Below are positions 16,717 to 26,379 of a DNA stretch of 64,000 nt, piece after piece (position 1 is the stretch's first letter; every line of letters begins with the position of its first letter). The stretch spans positions 476 through 64,475 of IMG/VR virus record IMGVR_UViG_3300025727_000012; one strand, 5' to 3'. Position numbers and translations under genes: made by a program. The stretch comes from a virus. Taxonomy: Duplodnaviria > Caudoviricetes. Below the pieces are notes generated by a model. The model was not told the origin of the DNA and made no database searches. It saw only the letters and a program-made list of their open reading frames with translations.

Positions 16717-16888
16717 TTGTATTCTATGCCTTCGATTTCTTCAATTTCTGCACAATGGTACCATCCATCATTGGACCGATCACTAAACACCACATAAACC
16801 ATAAACAGTGCGTACGCCTTTACAGTACACGGGGACCGGTGACGTACACACCAATAAAACTTTTCTAGTTTTATATCCCCCGACCTCA

Positions 16889-17146
16889 CTATAAAGCTTT
16901 GGACTCCACAGTGTAGGACTCGGGTCTAATAGTCCTGAAAAACACATACAATCTCTCAACCAGGACGAGAGGGTCTGTTTCTTTACAGATCCTTAAAAAC
17001 TGGTCTCCAAGGATCGAAGTGTCTCTGAACCTGGACAAGTTCAAATCTACAAAGGTGCGGCGGGCATCACGCTCGTTCTCTTCATAGATCGTTTCCGTCT
17101 TAGTATCTTGTCCAGGGATATGATCAGTCACAGTGATTGCGTACAT
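16889..17146 (-). CDS. hypothetical protein
   Basis: coupled ORF. Confidence 0.65.
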   Translation of the reverse strand: MYAITVTDHIPGQDTKTETIYEENERDARRTFVDLNLSRFRDTSILGDQFLRICKETDPLVLVERLYVFFRTIRPESYTVESKAL

Positions 17147-17147
17147 T

Positions 17148-17330
17148 TTATTTTCTCGTGCTCTCTAAAGCCTCTGTCCGAAGTTCCTTCAAGTCCTTGA
17201 TTGCTTGAAGACATGCCTTTCTAAGCCTCCTGCCTGCTGCGGCGTTACCCTGCTCAGTCTTAGTCGCGTCTGTTAAATTTTCCTCTGAAGATAATACTTC
17301 GAGTAATGTTTTCAAGTTTTCTAGAATCAT
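17148..17330 (-). CDS. histone H1-like Hc1 family protein
   Basis: GNAAAGRRLRKA...LKELR pattern; RBS AAGGAG. Confidence 0.75.
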   Translation of the reverse strand: MILENLKTLLEVLSSEENLTDATKTEQGNAAAGRRLRKACLQAIKDLKELRTEALESTRK

Positions 17331-17570
17331 AATATTCTCCTTCTATGTATTCTCTGTTTATATATTATTACAAACTTGTCCTGATTTGTCAAGCTACTTA
17401 TGTAATTCTTTTTCTAGCGTTACCCTCAATCGCCGAATACTCCTTCTTTTACCAAAATAGAATATACGATTTTGGGTAATACAAGGACAGCGCCCATAGC
17501 CAGGGTAGAGACTATAAGGCCGTCAATAACAACATTTGGAATAAGGTTTTTAATTTTCATATTTGACCAT

Positions 17571-17837
17571 CTATGTTTCGAGAGTTACACTAAGAGGTTG
17601 AACTCTGTCTACGAACTTTTTGTTCTTCTCAGGGACAAAATCAGTTTTAACCAGTTCAAAGTAGTCCTCCTCGAACTCCCCCCACTCCTGCAAGTCTGGG
17701 AAATAGATCATATGTTTATTGTTTGTCTCACTTAGTTTAATATAGACACCCACAGTGCCATTGACATTGTTGTCGAAAAGATCGTAATCTTTGACAATCA
17801 AAACATCTTCGCCTTTAGTCATCTTTAATCCTTGCAA
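17571..17837 (-). CDS. SH3-like small protein
   Basis: TKGEDV...GTVGV. Confidence 0.65.
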   Translation of the reverse strand: MQGLKMTKGEDVLIVKDYDLFDNNVNGTVGVYIKLSETNNKHMIYFPDLQEWGEFEEDYFELVKTDFVPEKNKKFVDRVQPLSVTLET

Positions 17838-18082
17838 ATAAGATTGTTTTGCCTAAGAGCATCAGACAAATTCTGACACAGTGTCAACCTAACTTCTTCA
17901 TCATCTGTGACTGTCCGCTCTAAAAGTCCTCTCAGCACGACAAACACCTTTTCATAGTTGTTCTCTGCTTCTTCAATCGATTTTGTGTCTAGATTGTCGA
18001 TGTCGTGGAAAGTACAGGAAGAGTCCCCATCTTCTAAGTGCACAACTAAGTTCTTGCCGAATCTTTTTCTATTGGAAATCAT
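17825..18082 (-). CDS. hypothetical protein
   Basis: coupled ORF. Confidence 0.65.
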   Translation of the reverse strand: MISNRKRFGKNLVVHLEDGDSSCTFHDIDNLDTKSIEEAENNYEKVFVVLRGLLERTVTDDEEVRLTLCQNLSDALRQNNLICKD

Positions 18083-18278
18083 TTAACCTACCTACATCTC
18101 CAGCCACGTCAATGATCGCATCTGCCAAATTGACAGCAGAGTCAATGTCAAAGGAAAATTCCTTGTCGCCGACAACTAAAACCACACCTTCATCGGTGGG
18201 CCTGACTTCGATCCTGTTCATATCACCGTTTGGGGTGAAAGAATAAAATGTTAATTTTTTCGGTGCTTGTGAAAACAC
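18069..18278 (-). CDS. hypothetical protein
   Basis: coupled ORF. Confidence 0.65.
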   Translation of the reverse strand: MFSQAPKKLTFYSFTPNGDMNRIEVRPTDEGVVLVVGDKEFSFDIDSAVNLADAIIDVAGDVGRLNDFQ

Positions 18279-18475
18279 TCCGTATCCCTTTCAGAAATTA
18301 GTCTCCATTCTTTATAAGAAACAACGCTGCCTTCTTGCAGTCCGTTCATCATAACAATGTTATAACGATCAATCCCTATATACCCTACCACCTTTCCGAA
18401 AAGATTTAAAGGTTTACCGTAGGGATAATCACGAAGAAAGACTATTTGTCCGGTAATAAATTCTCTTTCGTACAT
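18251..18475 (-). CDS. SH3/KOW-like small protein, probably leaderless
   Basis: FITGQIV...GKVVG; ACTATTTA 4 nt before ATG. Confidence 0.7.
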   Translation of the reverse strand: MYEREFITGQIVFLRDYPYGKPLNLFGKVVGYIGIDRYNIVMMNGLQEGSVVSYKEWRLISERDTECFHKHRKN

Positions 18476-18647
18476 AAAGTAAATAGTTGTGAGAAATCAT
18501 TTTTAAATAACCATCACTAAAATTCAACTGCTTCGGTAGAACAGGACGCCCAAAATAGTCAAAAAGCTCGACCAAGACGCGATATAGCCAACACTCCGAA
18601 CGACGTCAATGTGTTGTGCTTCCCAGACAGCCATATATTCCATTACA

Positions 18648-19271
18648 TTATCCTAAAATCTTTTTCTGAATTGACCTTACTGCCATTCTCTGGAGTCGTG
18701 GAAGTTTCTCGTATGTTTCCAATTCTACGCCTTCCTTTGTCATAAAGGGTCTATTGTTAACTCTAGTCATGAACTCGCCTTCTTGACCCATTGCCAGGTC
18801 TCCTTGCATACTCTTCTTACCATAACCAGGAAACTCAGCGTTGTTTGTTCCGATCAGGTGTGCGTCTTTGCCGCCCTTTGGAAACACGATAACAGAGTCC
18901 TGACAGAACTTCTCACCCAGGGCAGCGATTCTACTCACAAAGTCTGCATCATCATTGATGTTTACGCAGAACAAACTGTTCTCTTTAACCTCTTTCGCCA
19001 ATGGTGTACCAAACTTCTCTATGTAAGATCCGTCAACCTTGGTAACACCATACCCAAGACCAAGCAATGTCGCCTTGAGGTCTCGGTTTCTCTCCATGTT
19101 ATCACCACCAATCACTGCCTTCTCTGTGCATTGGTCTGATTCGTCTGTATCATCTCTGAACGCTGTGATCACAGCACAGTCGTGCTCTTGGATGTGTTTA
19201 TAGACTCTACTTAGTCCAGATTCATTTACGAATCCACGCCACTCATTCAATATTTCTTTCATGTCACTCAC
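18648..19271 (-). CDS. conserved phage protein (DUF3293-like) with putative capsid-targeting N-terminus
   Basis: ILNEWRGFVNESGLSRV; ITAFR...N..RN..L...L...GY...GSY...E.S...QDSV. Confidence 0.65.
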   Translation of the reverse strand: MSDMKEILNEWRGFVNESGLSRVYKHIQEHDCAVITAFRDDTDESDQCTEKAVIGGDNMERNRDLKATLLGLGYGVTKVDGSYIEKFGTPLAKEVKENSLFCVNINDDADFVSRIAALGEKFCQDSVIVFPKGGKDAHLIGTNNAEFPGYGKKSMQGDLAMGQEGEFMTRVNNRPFMTKEGVELETYEKLPRLQRMAVRSIQKKILG

Positions 19272-19292
19272 TTTCTTCCTCCTATTTTTATA

Positions 19293-20207
19293 TTAAAACC
19301 AATCTACTCCAAACGTGCAATTTTTTGCGTCTTCCCAGTGGGCGAACTCCTTGCATTCCGTTAAGGAGTATAGCTTTAAAAGCTCTCCACCAAAGGTTGA
19401 CTTACCTTTTATCAGGCCGTCCTCCCATTGAAAGTGCCACCATTCTGCCCCTGTGAACTTCCCACCCCTCATAAACCAGCTTCTTGCTCTGATGGGCTGC
19501 CACCCATGCTTTTTTGCCAGGTCTGTTATCGAAAAAAATCGGTCCTCGACCAAGACCCTGGTGTGGTTGTACGTATATCCAGACAACTTTACCTTGGGTA
19601 CGCTTTCGTTCTCTGTCCTACACCAGACGTTCCATCGCCTGTCACCAGACTCTTCTACAACATATCTTTCCTTTTTGGGGTTGTTCATTCCCGAATCCAG
19701 AGCCATGTCAAGGGCCAAGCCGGTGTAGTGCATAGACTTTGTACTTCTAGATTTCGACTTAGAACTGTCGTGTAAAGGGCGGCGGGCACCTGCACTAGTG
19801 ATTACACCTCCGAGTGCAAGAACGTCGCCTCTAAAGGCGTTATAAGCCTCTGCTGCATCTTCTCTGAGGTAAAATCGATTGTATCCACCGCTGCCGTCAA
19901 CCTTGTCCGCTTCGACCTTGACCCATTTCATTTTGTGAAGAGTTTCTACCGGATCTGGGTGCTTCCCCAATTCAAATTTGGATGAGCCCTCGCCGGCAGC
20001 ATCAAGAGATTCATTTAGCGCCCTCATTGTGCCGCGACCTACTATACCGTCAGCGTGGATATGCGCAGACTCTTGAAACTTTTCCACTTGATGCGCTGTG
20101 CCTCTGCCAAAAATTCCGTCCGCAACTCCACAGTTGTGACCTAAAACATTCAGGGCCAACTGCAACTCCTTCACATCTTCCCCTCTAGAACCTATCTTTA
20201 AGAACAC
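19293..20207 (-). CDS. endolysin: peptidoglycan-binding domain + M15 peptidase
   Basis: GSRGEDVKELQ..L, DGIFGRGT, DGIVGRGT; SMHYTGLALD and EWWH zinc motifs. Confidence 0.9.
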   Translation of the reverse strand: MFLKIGSRGEDVKELQLALNVLGHNCGVADGIFGRGTAHQVEKFQESAHIHADGIVGRGTMRALNESLDAAGEGSSKFELGKHPDPVETLHKMKWVKVEADKVDGSGGYNRFYLREDAAEAYNAFRGDVLALGGVITSAGARRPLHDSSKSKSRSTKSMHYTGLALDMALDSGMNNPKKERYVVEESGDRRWNVWCRTENESVPKVKLSGYTYNHTRVLVEDRFFSITDLAKKHGWQPIRARSWFMRGGKFTGAEWWHFQWEDGLIKGKSTFGGELLKLYSLTECKEFAHWEDAKNCTFGVDWF

Positions 20208-20252
20208 AATTTAAACCTCCTACTACAAAACATAAGTAGTACAGCAGGGGGC

Positions 20253-20546
20253 TTAATTGCTAGTTTCTTTAAGGTTCTGGGGGTCTTTTAGGATGTCTTC
20301 CATTTCGTTACGAAAGCTGCTCAACTCCCTCATACACCCTTTAAAGTTGTACTTCTTTGGGTCTTGACTGAGTGCCTTAATTGTGTTGCAAGCCTTCTTT
20401 ACTTTTGGGCTGTAGGCGTGTGGAATGTCAACAACCTTGGTGGACTTCACTTTGTCTGTGCAGGCAAGCGTAGTAACGGCTGCAAAGATTAAAACTAAAT
20501 AAAACATTTTACTCTCCATAAAAAAGATCTCTAAGGCGCTCGACAC
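20253..20546 (-). CDS. putative lipoprotein
   Basis: hydrophobic stretch + TTLAC. Confidence 0.55.
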   Translation of the reverse strand: MSSALEIFFMESKMFYLVLIFAAVTTLACTDKVKSTKVVDIPHAYSPKVKKACNTIKALSQDPKKYNFKGCMRELSSFRNEMEDILKDPQNLKETSN

Positions 20547-20609
20547 AAAGCGTCAAAACGTACAAACTAAGAAACGATAGGGTCCAGCAAATTACAGAAA
20601 CCAATATAC

Positions 20610-20816
20610 TCATTTATCCTTGACACCCCACTTGAACATATACCAGGCCCGCTCGTGAAAGTAATAGAGGACCATCTTCGTGATTATCTCAAGGCCTCCG
20701 ATTGCTACACCTATCGTAATGTCTCCAGATACTAACCAGCCGAGGAGAAAAGTATCAATCGTGCCGACCACCCTCCAGGTCAGTGCCTTAGCTAAATGTC
20801 TTTTTCTTGCGACCAT
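20610..20816 (-). CDS. DUF2061 membrane protein
   Basis: RHLAKALTWR...YYFHERAW. Confidence 0.85.
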   Translation of the reverse strand: MVARKRHLAKALTWRVVGTIDTFLLGWLVSGDITIGVAIGGLEIITKMVLYYFHERAWYMFKWGVKDK

Positions 20817-20974
20817 AACTTGATCCCTCCATCGTGATAGTGTTTGTATTCGAAACTGTTCTCTATTTTCTCGAAGATTATAATCGCCAACTTCTCAACC
20901 TCAGTAGAGGGTAAAGGAAGGTTCTTGCTGATAGCATCCTCTAGCAATTCAAACATAAGCCTTTTGTTGTTCAT
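20792..20974 (-). CDS. hypothetical protein
   Basis: coupled ORF. Confidence 0.55.
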   Translation of the reverse strand: MNNKRLMFELLEDAISKNLPLPSTEVEKLAIIIFEKIENSFEYKHYHDGGIKLWSQEKDI

Positions 20975-20977
20975 AAT

Positions 20978-21094
20978 CTACGCCGCCTGTAAAATCTCTC
21001 TGTACTTAATTAGGGCTAGTTCTTTTTTCTTACACTCAAGCATCATATCATAGTCTACGCCATAACTTCTAACTTTGTTGTATGTAATAACAAT
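20978..21094 (-). pseudogene. uvsE: C-terminal remnant of UV-damage endonuclease (UvsE/UvdE)
   Basis: IVITYNKVRSYGVDYDMMLECKKKELALIKYREILQAA matches the UvsE C-terminal D.M.E.K.KE.A motif; in-frame TAG immediately upstream. Confidence 0.65.
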
Positions 21095-21116
21095 CTACAC
21101 AGTAGTGGTTAGATAG

Positions 21117-21344
21117 TCAATCAATATTGTCGCAAATTATCTCTGATTCTGTTTCTATCCAAACTTTTGCGCCACAAGGTAAGGGTTTATCTGGTGAATA
21201 AATGACTTTGCAGGGCCCACTTACATAGACCTCGTGACAATAGGTGTTACTCTTGTAAGTCTTTACGGTTATAACCGGCTCCCTCTCTCCAGTTTTTGAA
21301 TTAGATTTTATTTTATGCTGATTTACGTGAATCTTTTTTTTCAT
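21117..21344 (-). CDS. conserved phage protein
   Basis: IHVNQHKI...PVITVK...YSPDKPLPCGAKVWIET. Confidence 0.8.
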   Translation of the reverse strand: MKKKIHVNQHKIKSNSKTGEREPVITVKTYKSNTYCHEVYVSGPCKVIYSPDKPLPCGAKVWIETESEIICDNID

Positions 21345-21544
21345 TCTTCAATCTCTTTCACAATTACTTCCTGGGGTATGAACTTGCGATGTTCTTTCAT
21401 AAACTTACCGTGAATTACGTCCAAGTCTGTAATTCTTCCTTGGAGTTGGTGTATAATCGCCATTATGTCTACCTGGTTTTTGACTACCTGATCAGAAAAA
21501 CTTTGGTACATCTCTCTCAGCTTCTTCTTTTCTGCCTTGGTCAT
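21341..21544 (-). CDS. hypothetical coiled-coil protein
   Basis: coupled ORF. Confidence 0.6.
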   Translation of the reverse strand: MTKAEKKKLREMYQSFSDQVVKNQVDIMAIIHQLQGRITDLDVIHGKFMKEHRKFIPQEVIVKEIEE

Positions 21545-21561
21545 AATATGTCGATATTCCC

Positions 21562-21987
21562 CTATCTATGCCTACGTCTTCTCTTTTCTAGAGTATACTT
21601 TGATGAATTACCTGGTCCAAACTTATGTCGGCTATGACCTCGATGAGAATTGCGAGACCAGCGAGCGCCTGACCCTGTCCTGATCACCCATTCGTTTGTA
21701 GAAATCCAACGGTATTTGACAGGCATTGAAACCGATCGCGTGCGATTTCTTCGGTGATGGGTTCGAGAGTATCTAGGGCCGTGTGAATACTCGCTTCCAA
21801 CATAAAATGGTATCCTCCATAAATTTACATAAGACTGTGGGGCGGGGGTGACCACCAGGTTTTCAGGCAGCATATCGACAAGATATACGATCTGACTTGG
21901 CGACCTTAATAGTCCGTCCCTACGAACACAATCATCATTGGCAAATCCAACGCCAGTCGACATAACAAACAAAACACAATACAGCAT
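21562..21987 (-). CDS. secreted Arg-rich protein
   Basis: signal-like N-terminus, basic tail; RBS AGGAG. Confidence 0.6.
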   Translation of the reverse strand: MLYCVLFVMSTGVGFANDDCVRRDGLLRSPSQIVYLVDMLPENLVVTPAPQSYVNLWRIPFYVGSEYSHGPRYSRTHHRRNRTRSVSMPVKYRWISTNEWVIRTGSGARWSRNSHRGHSRHKFGPGNSSKYTLEKRRRRHR

Positions 21988-21989
21988 CT

Positions 21990-22229
21990 TTACTCCTGTT
22001 CACCCCTGTAGGATTCTATTTCGTCTTTACAGAGTTCTAAGTTATACTTTTGGTAATCCAAATAATTGCGATAATACGCTTCCTTAACAGTACATACGTT
22101 GTAAACCATAGAACATTCAATCTGATCTGACAAATTGTGGTTTCTAAAGTTAACCAGCGCGTAGAGATTGTACGCGGCAGCACCAGAGCAAAACACCAAA
22201 AAATTTAATAAAAAGCTCTTATTTTTCAT
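21990..22229 (-). CDS. membrane-anchored hypothetical protein
   Basis: hydrophobic N-terminus; TTGATA-N17-TACGGT upstream. Confidence 0.6.
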   Translation of the reverse strand: MKNKSFLLNFLVFCSGAAAYNLYALVNFRNHNLSDQIECSMVYNVCTVKEAYYRNYLDYQKYNLELCKDEIESYRGEQE

Positions 22230-22501
22230 ACCTATACCGTATCACCTTCTGTTTGTTTTATCAACATAAAATACAAGGCTCAGCGTGACATCTGAATTCG
22301 AAGATTGTGCCTCTTTTGTCTGACAGTCTGCCGTTCTATTTCTTCGGGACCACATAGTGCCACAACTCCAGTCAAAACAAGCACAACAAACCACAAAAAA
22401 ATCAAAACGTCTCGAAAACCTTTACTGAAGTGCATAATTTCTATACCAAAACAACATCATCGAGATGCTAGTCGCTATAAGCAAGCAAAGGCGGTGAGAC
22501 A

Positions 22502-23086
22502 TTAGACTCCCTCGTAAAATGCTATATTGGAGTTGACCAAACTTGCCAGTCGATACTCGTATTTAGACACAATGTCCGACCTGTTCCTACTCTTTGCATC
22601 CTGAATAATCATTTTCATCTTCTTAAAAGCAAGCTCCGAATTTAAGAAATACTCTACAGAGTCCAGCACACACTTGCAACACGCGGTCACTATCGAATAA
22701 TCGCTGGCTGTGAACGTTGCGCTTTGGCGTCCGTTGCAAAACTCAGCCCCAACTAGGACTTTGGCGTCTGTCCCTGCCTGCGACCTTGGTAGGTCGGCCT
22801 TAACTTCGAACGATTTCAATTGAAGAGGTTGTATCGATGAAAAGTCCCGGTAATGTGCGATAATAGATTTGAAGAAAGCATCCGCTGCGCCCATTCCGGG
22901 GGCGTCATTTATTTCTATAATCTGCGCTCCGTCAAAAAATTCATAATCTATTGTGGTCTTTTTGCCCTGAAGGTGCTCTGACACGCTTAGTTTTCTTAGC
23001 GAAAGTTCTTGATAATCTTCGCCTAGTGTATCTGTGATCATGATTTTAACAGCAGTTCGGCGGGATGCGTCCGGCGTCGTGTACAC
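22502..23086 (-). CDS. stand-alone LeuA (isopropylmalate synthase) regulatory-domain-like protein
   Basis: GMGAADAFF...L.SFEV...GTDAKVLV...SIVTA...VLDSVEY. Confidence 0.65.
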   Translation of the reverse strand: MYTTPDASRRTAVKIMITDTLGEDYQELSLRKLSVSEHLQGKKTTIDYEFFDGAQIIEINDAPGMGAADAFFKSIIAHYRDFSSIQPLQLKSFEVKADLPRSQAGTDAKVLVGAEFCNGRQSATFTASDYSIVTACCKCVLDSVEYFLNSELAFKKMKMIIQDAKSRNRSDIVSKYEYRLASLVNSNIAFYEGV

Positions 23087-23445
23087 TAGTCGATCCTTTC
23101 GAACTTAGTGGAGAGTTTAAATATCCTCGTGACTCCTTTGACTGCCCTCAGTGTTTGAACAATTCTAGATTTGGCTTCCTCGGGGGACCTGATAGTCCCT
23201 GGAAAGCTCGGAACAAACTTTATGGCGACCCCTGCGACGTACATATTTTCTCCAACCTTCCTGTTTCTGGTTGCCACAGTAACTACTGTCACTGAGGGTA
23301 TCGCTCGGACCTCTGCTAATATATCATCCAGGCCGCGACCCTCGGTTGTCTGGTATCCTAACATCAAGTAGAATCTATAGTTCGACTTTTGGCGGCTTTG
23401 GCTGGCTTCAGCCAAGTAGGATTTCCAGGTTTTACTAAGACTCAT
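23086..23445 (-). CDS. late protein with putative capsid-targeting N-terminus
   Basis: TWKSYLAEA; RAIPSVTVV; late box at 23465. Confidence 0.7.
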   Translation of the reverse strand: MSLSKTWKSYLAEASQSRQKSNYRFYLMLGYQTTEGRGLDDILAEVRAIPSVTVVTVATRNRKVGENMYVAGVAIKFVPSFPGTIRSPEEAKSRIVQTLRAVKGVTRIFKLSTKFERID

Positions 23446-23506
23446 AAAATTCTCCTCAATATAATAAATAGCAACTAAAGTGAGAAAGGGGACTCGAAAG
23501 TGGCTA

Positions 23507-23848
23507 TCAATACTTTAGTTGGATAAAAAGAGTTAAAACCGCCAAAAAGAGACAAGTCATAGTTTTTGTAGTAAGCATAGACTCATCCAGAAATATCCAA
23601 GTTAAAAACGGAAACACTATCAGGCCCGCAGAGGAAGCTATAAATCTGGCTGTCCAGGCTGAACCTGTCTCCGTCACTACATATCTCCAGCCGTACCAAA
23701 ACAAGACAGATGTCGGGACACCTAAAACAACTGCTGAGAACAGAGCTTTATCGCTCCACCAACTAGAGATGCTCTGGGCGTTCAATTGAAACCATCCTAC
23801 GATTTGCCCGAGGAAGAACAGGACTATGCCTAAAATTAAGTAATGCAT
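23507..23848 (-). CDS. 4-TM small membrane protein (DMT/SMR-like)
   Basis: four hydrophobic helices. Confidence 0.7.
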   Translation of the reverse strand: MHYLILGIVLFFLGQIVGWFQLNAQSISSWWSDKALFSAVVLGVPTSVLFWYGWRYVVTETGSAWTARFIASSAGLIVFPFLTWIFLDESMLTTKTMTCLFLAVLTLFIQLKY

Positions 23849-24192
23849 TAGTGAAGTTCCATAGACAAGTTTAGGTTCTTAAATTTTTTAGCAGATGCTA
23901 AGCAACCTCTTAACACAATAAAGAGCGCATCTGCAAAGGGTTTCGGCACTTCGTATTCTGCATCGGCAGGTACGTCCTCGTCAAAGTCAAACAGCCTGTA
24001 GAGGGAGTCCAACATTATTGAACACAAACCGTAAGTCTCACAGACGTTAGCGTATTGATCCCTTCTCATTTTGAAGCGGTCAAATTGTGCTTCAAAAAGT
24101 AAAATAGATTTGCAGCGAGTCATATATTGTTCACACAGCTCTGCCTGGCTTTGGATATCTGCTTTTGTCATAATGAAGGGTTGATCAGACAT
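23848..24192 (-). CDS. hypothetical protein
   Basis: coupled ORF. Confidence 0.65.
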   Translation of the reverse strand: MSDQPFIMTKADIQSQAELCEQYMTRCKSILLFEAQFDRFKMRRDQYANVCETYGLCSIMLDSLYRLFDFDEDVPADAEYEVPKPFADALFIVLRGCLASAKKFKNLNLSMELH

Positions 24193-24583
24193 TTACACCC
24201 TTGCCCCAGAATGATCGATTCTTTTTTTCGTTAGTGATGACTATCGCCGAAATTAAAGTTTTGCCGCCCTTATTGACATATTTTGCGTTGTATAACTCCA
24301 GAGTTCCATATTTTGGTTTGGGCTTTTTTTTGCTATACTTGGCTCGTGGTGGTGGAGTATTCAAGAACTCCACACACCTTCGGGCTACAGATACAGCATT
24401 CGGGTCATCTAAAAATCTATAGTCGTCGACTTCGATGTAAACTCCTACACCCCAACTCTTCGATCCAAATTCAGGTACGTCCCAAAAGCAAGAAGAAAGG
24501 TACTTTCCATACTTTTCCTTGTCGCCGCCGAGCATAATATATTCTGGCCTAAGTACGAGATCACATTTAATTTCATCTAACAT
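24185..24583 (-). CDS. hypothetical protein
   Basis: coupled ORF. Confidence 0.7.
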   Translation of the reverse strand: MLDEIKCDLVLRPEYIMLGGDKEKYGKYLSSCFWDVPEFGSKSWGVGVYIEVDDYRFLDDPNAVSVARRCVEFLNTPPPRAKYSKKKPKPKYGTLELYNAKYVNKGGKTLISAIVITNEKKNRSFWGKGVNV

Positions 24584-24839
24584 TTAATAACTCTTCCAGG
24601 TCGTCACAACCACCCACAAAATTAGCTATCCCAGACTTGTAACACAATCTTAAAATGATTGGTACAGTCTCGTATCCATAAAAATTCTTAGCTTCCTCAA
24701 GGAACCTTCTGTCCTTCTCCAAGTCAAAAAACAGACACTCAATCGAAGCCTGCTTCAGCAACTGGTGGGCTCTAGTACAGAAAGGGCAAGAGGACCGACC
24801 GTAAATTAGAAACGTGTCTTTACTATCCAAGAAGCACAC
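24573..24839 (-). CDS. grx: glutaredoxin
   Basis: CPFC, TVP, VGGCDDL. Confidence 0.9.
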   Translation of the reverse strand: MCFLDSKDTFLIYGRSSCPFCTRAHQLLKQASIECLFFDLEKDRRFLEEAKNFYGYETVPIILRLCYKSGIANFVGGCDDLEELLNVR

Positions 24840-25104
24840 CCCTTCTCTTTGAAGCGCCCTTGACCAGCATTTCTACCTCGGTCAATCCTCCAACAACCAC
24901 GACCTCGGATACTGTGCCGCCCGCTTGTATAACTATCGTGCAGAATCTGTTGGCACCTGAAGGCAGTTCAGATTGCCCCTCACTGATGAGGTTAGCAACA
25001 ACCGTGTTCTCCCTAACCGTCGTAATGTTTCCTGTGTTAACAGATATATGCCTTAGTGTCCAGGCCCCACTTGCGTTCTTATATACCTCACTAAACTTTA
25101 ACAT
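24823..25104 (-). CDS. hypothetical protein (FlbD-like pattern)
   Basis: ISVN..NI..VRE; RBS AAGGAG. Confidence 0.6.
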   Translation of the reverse strand: MLKFSEVYKNASGAWTLRHISVNTGNITTVRENTVVANLISEGQSELPSGANRFCTIVIQAGGTVSEVVVVGGLTEVEMLVKGASKRRGVLLG

Positions 25105-25309
25105 CGTACTTTACTCCTTCTTCAATTGGGAACACATCCCTTTTTCTAACCAAATACTTTGCTCCGTCAAAATATGTCTCATAGAAGTTATCCATATCCT
25201 TTATGTTTATCATCACGGCCGGCGCTTCCAGCTTATTTATAACGTTCTTGCCAAACATCATAATTCCAGATGGAGCATAAAAAAGTTTACCCCTCTCTAT
25301 CTTCGACAT
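25091..25309 (-). CDS. SH3-like small protein
   Basis: IERGKLFY; coupled ORF. Confidence 0.6.
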   Translation of the reverse strand: MSKIERGKLFYAPSGIMMFGKNVINKLEAPAVMINIKDMDNFYETYFDGAKYLVRKRDVFPIEEGVKYDVKV

Positions 25310-25586
25310 TGATCCCCTCCGCTACTGGCCTGTGAGAAATCATCGACAAATATCCGGCAGTGATAGCGTCCAAGTCTTGTAAAAAAACATCCAAGTCGAA
25401 CACTTCGGCTCGCAATGTCGCTATCTGGGATAAGCCGCTCTCCAAGGACTCAAACTTGAAGCTATTTTCTAATCTGCCGAATTGCGAGTCAATTTTGTGC
25501 TTCTTTATTGAAATTTTATCAACAAGGCCCTGTATTTCGCCTGGAATACTGTCCACGTCTACGGTGTACGATATCTTCACTTTCAT
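25287..25586 (-). CDS. hypothetical protein
   Basis: MKVKISYTVD; coupled ORF. Confidence 0.7.
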   Translation of the reverse strand: MKVKISYTVDVDSIPGEIQGLVDKISIKKHKIDSQFGRLENSFKFESLESGLSQIATLRAEVFDLDVFLQDLDAITAGYLSMISHRPVAEGINVEDREG

Positions 25587-26027
25587 CTAAAACCACTCCA
25601 TATAAGATATTAAAGAACTCTGTCTGTGTTTGTTCCAAGATTCTGCTTCGATTGGGATACCTAGTCGCACAGCTAGACCTCTGGCGCGTTCCCAGGCCAA
25701 CACCTCTTCCCTCAGTACGTCGGCGCGATGGTTCTTGTCTCCGCGAACACTGGAGCCTCTCTTTCTCATAAATGGAAAGTTTGTTGCAAAACTTGCGCGA
25801 CTAGCCTCGTTTCTTAATTCTACGTGACCTGCTTCGTGCAAAAGCGAATGGAGTCTAGATTTCATACCTTGCCTACTGTTTATTTCAATCACTCTCGCGG
25901 AATCATAATATGCGTCACTGGCGAGATAGTCATAAACCACCTCCACGCCATAAAGCTCCAAAAGATGTATCTCTAACCTCAAAAGGTAAGTGCTGTAGAT
26001 AAAATTTTTCGTACCTTTCAAAAACAC
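25587..26027 (-). CDS. zincin metallopeptidase (IrrE/ImmA-like)
   Basis: LLHEAGH and downstream EEVLAW. Confidence 0.75.
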   Translation of the reverse strand: MFLKGTKNFIYSTYLLRLEIHLLELYGVEVVYDYLASDAYYDSARVIEINSRQGMKSRLHSLLHEAGHVELRNEASRASFATNFPFMRKRGSSVRGDKNHRADVLREEVLAWERARGLAVRLGIPIEAESWNKHRQSSLISYMEWF

Positions 26028-26038
26028 TATACCTCTCT

Positions 26039-26067
26039 AGTATATTGTTAAGCGAGCCGACTGTCAA
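26039..26067 (-). promoter_or_regulatory. sigma70-type promoter
   Basis: TTGACA-N17-TATACT. Confidence 0.75.
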
Positions 26068-26339
26068 GGAAAGTTTTTAATTATAAAAGCACTGAGAAGA
26101 CCGATCACAGAGGAAAACAGGGTCCATATTAATTTGGAGGAAGTAGATCTCCAGGCCTCAAGTTGGCGAAGGCGGGCATAAAGGCCGTTGTCTGGGTTGT
26201 AAACAGCCTCCTTAATCTTTGCTATGTCAGCAGCCATCAAGTCTTGCTTTTCTTTGAAAAGTTCGAGACTATTGCAGATCTTATCCATTTTAACATCTAA
26301 CTTAAGCAACTGATCTATACCGCTATGCTCTACAGACAT
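26064..26339 (-). CDS. coiled-coil protein with C-terminal TM (XhlA/holin-like)
   Basis: coiled coil + one TM; late box at 26370. Confidence 0.55.
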   Translation of the reverse strand: MSVEHSGIDQLLKLDVKMDKICNSLELFKEKQDLMAADIAKIKEAVYNPDNGLYARLRQLEAWRSTSSKLIWTLFSSVIGLLSAFIIKNFP

Positions 26340-26379
26340 GAAGAACTCCCTCCGTTATGACTTACAACATAACTAGTTC

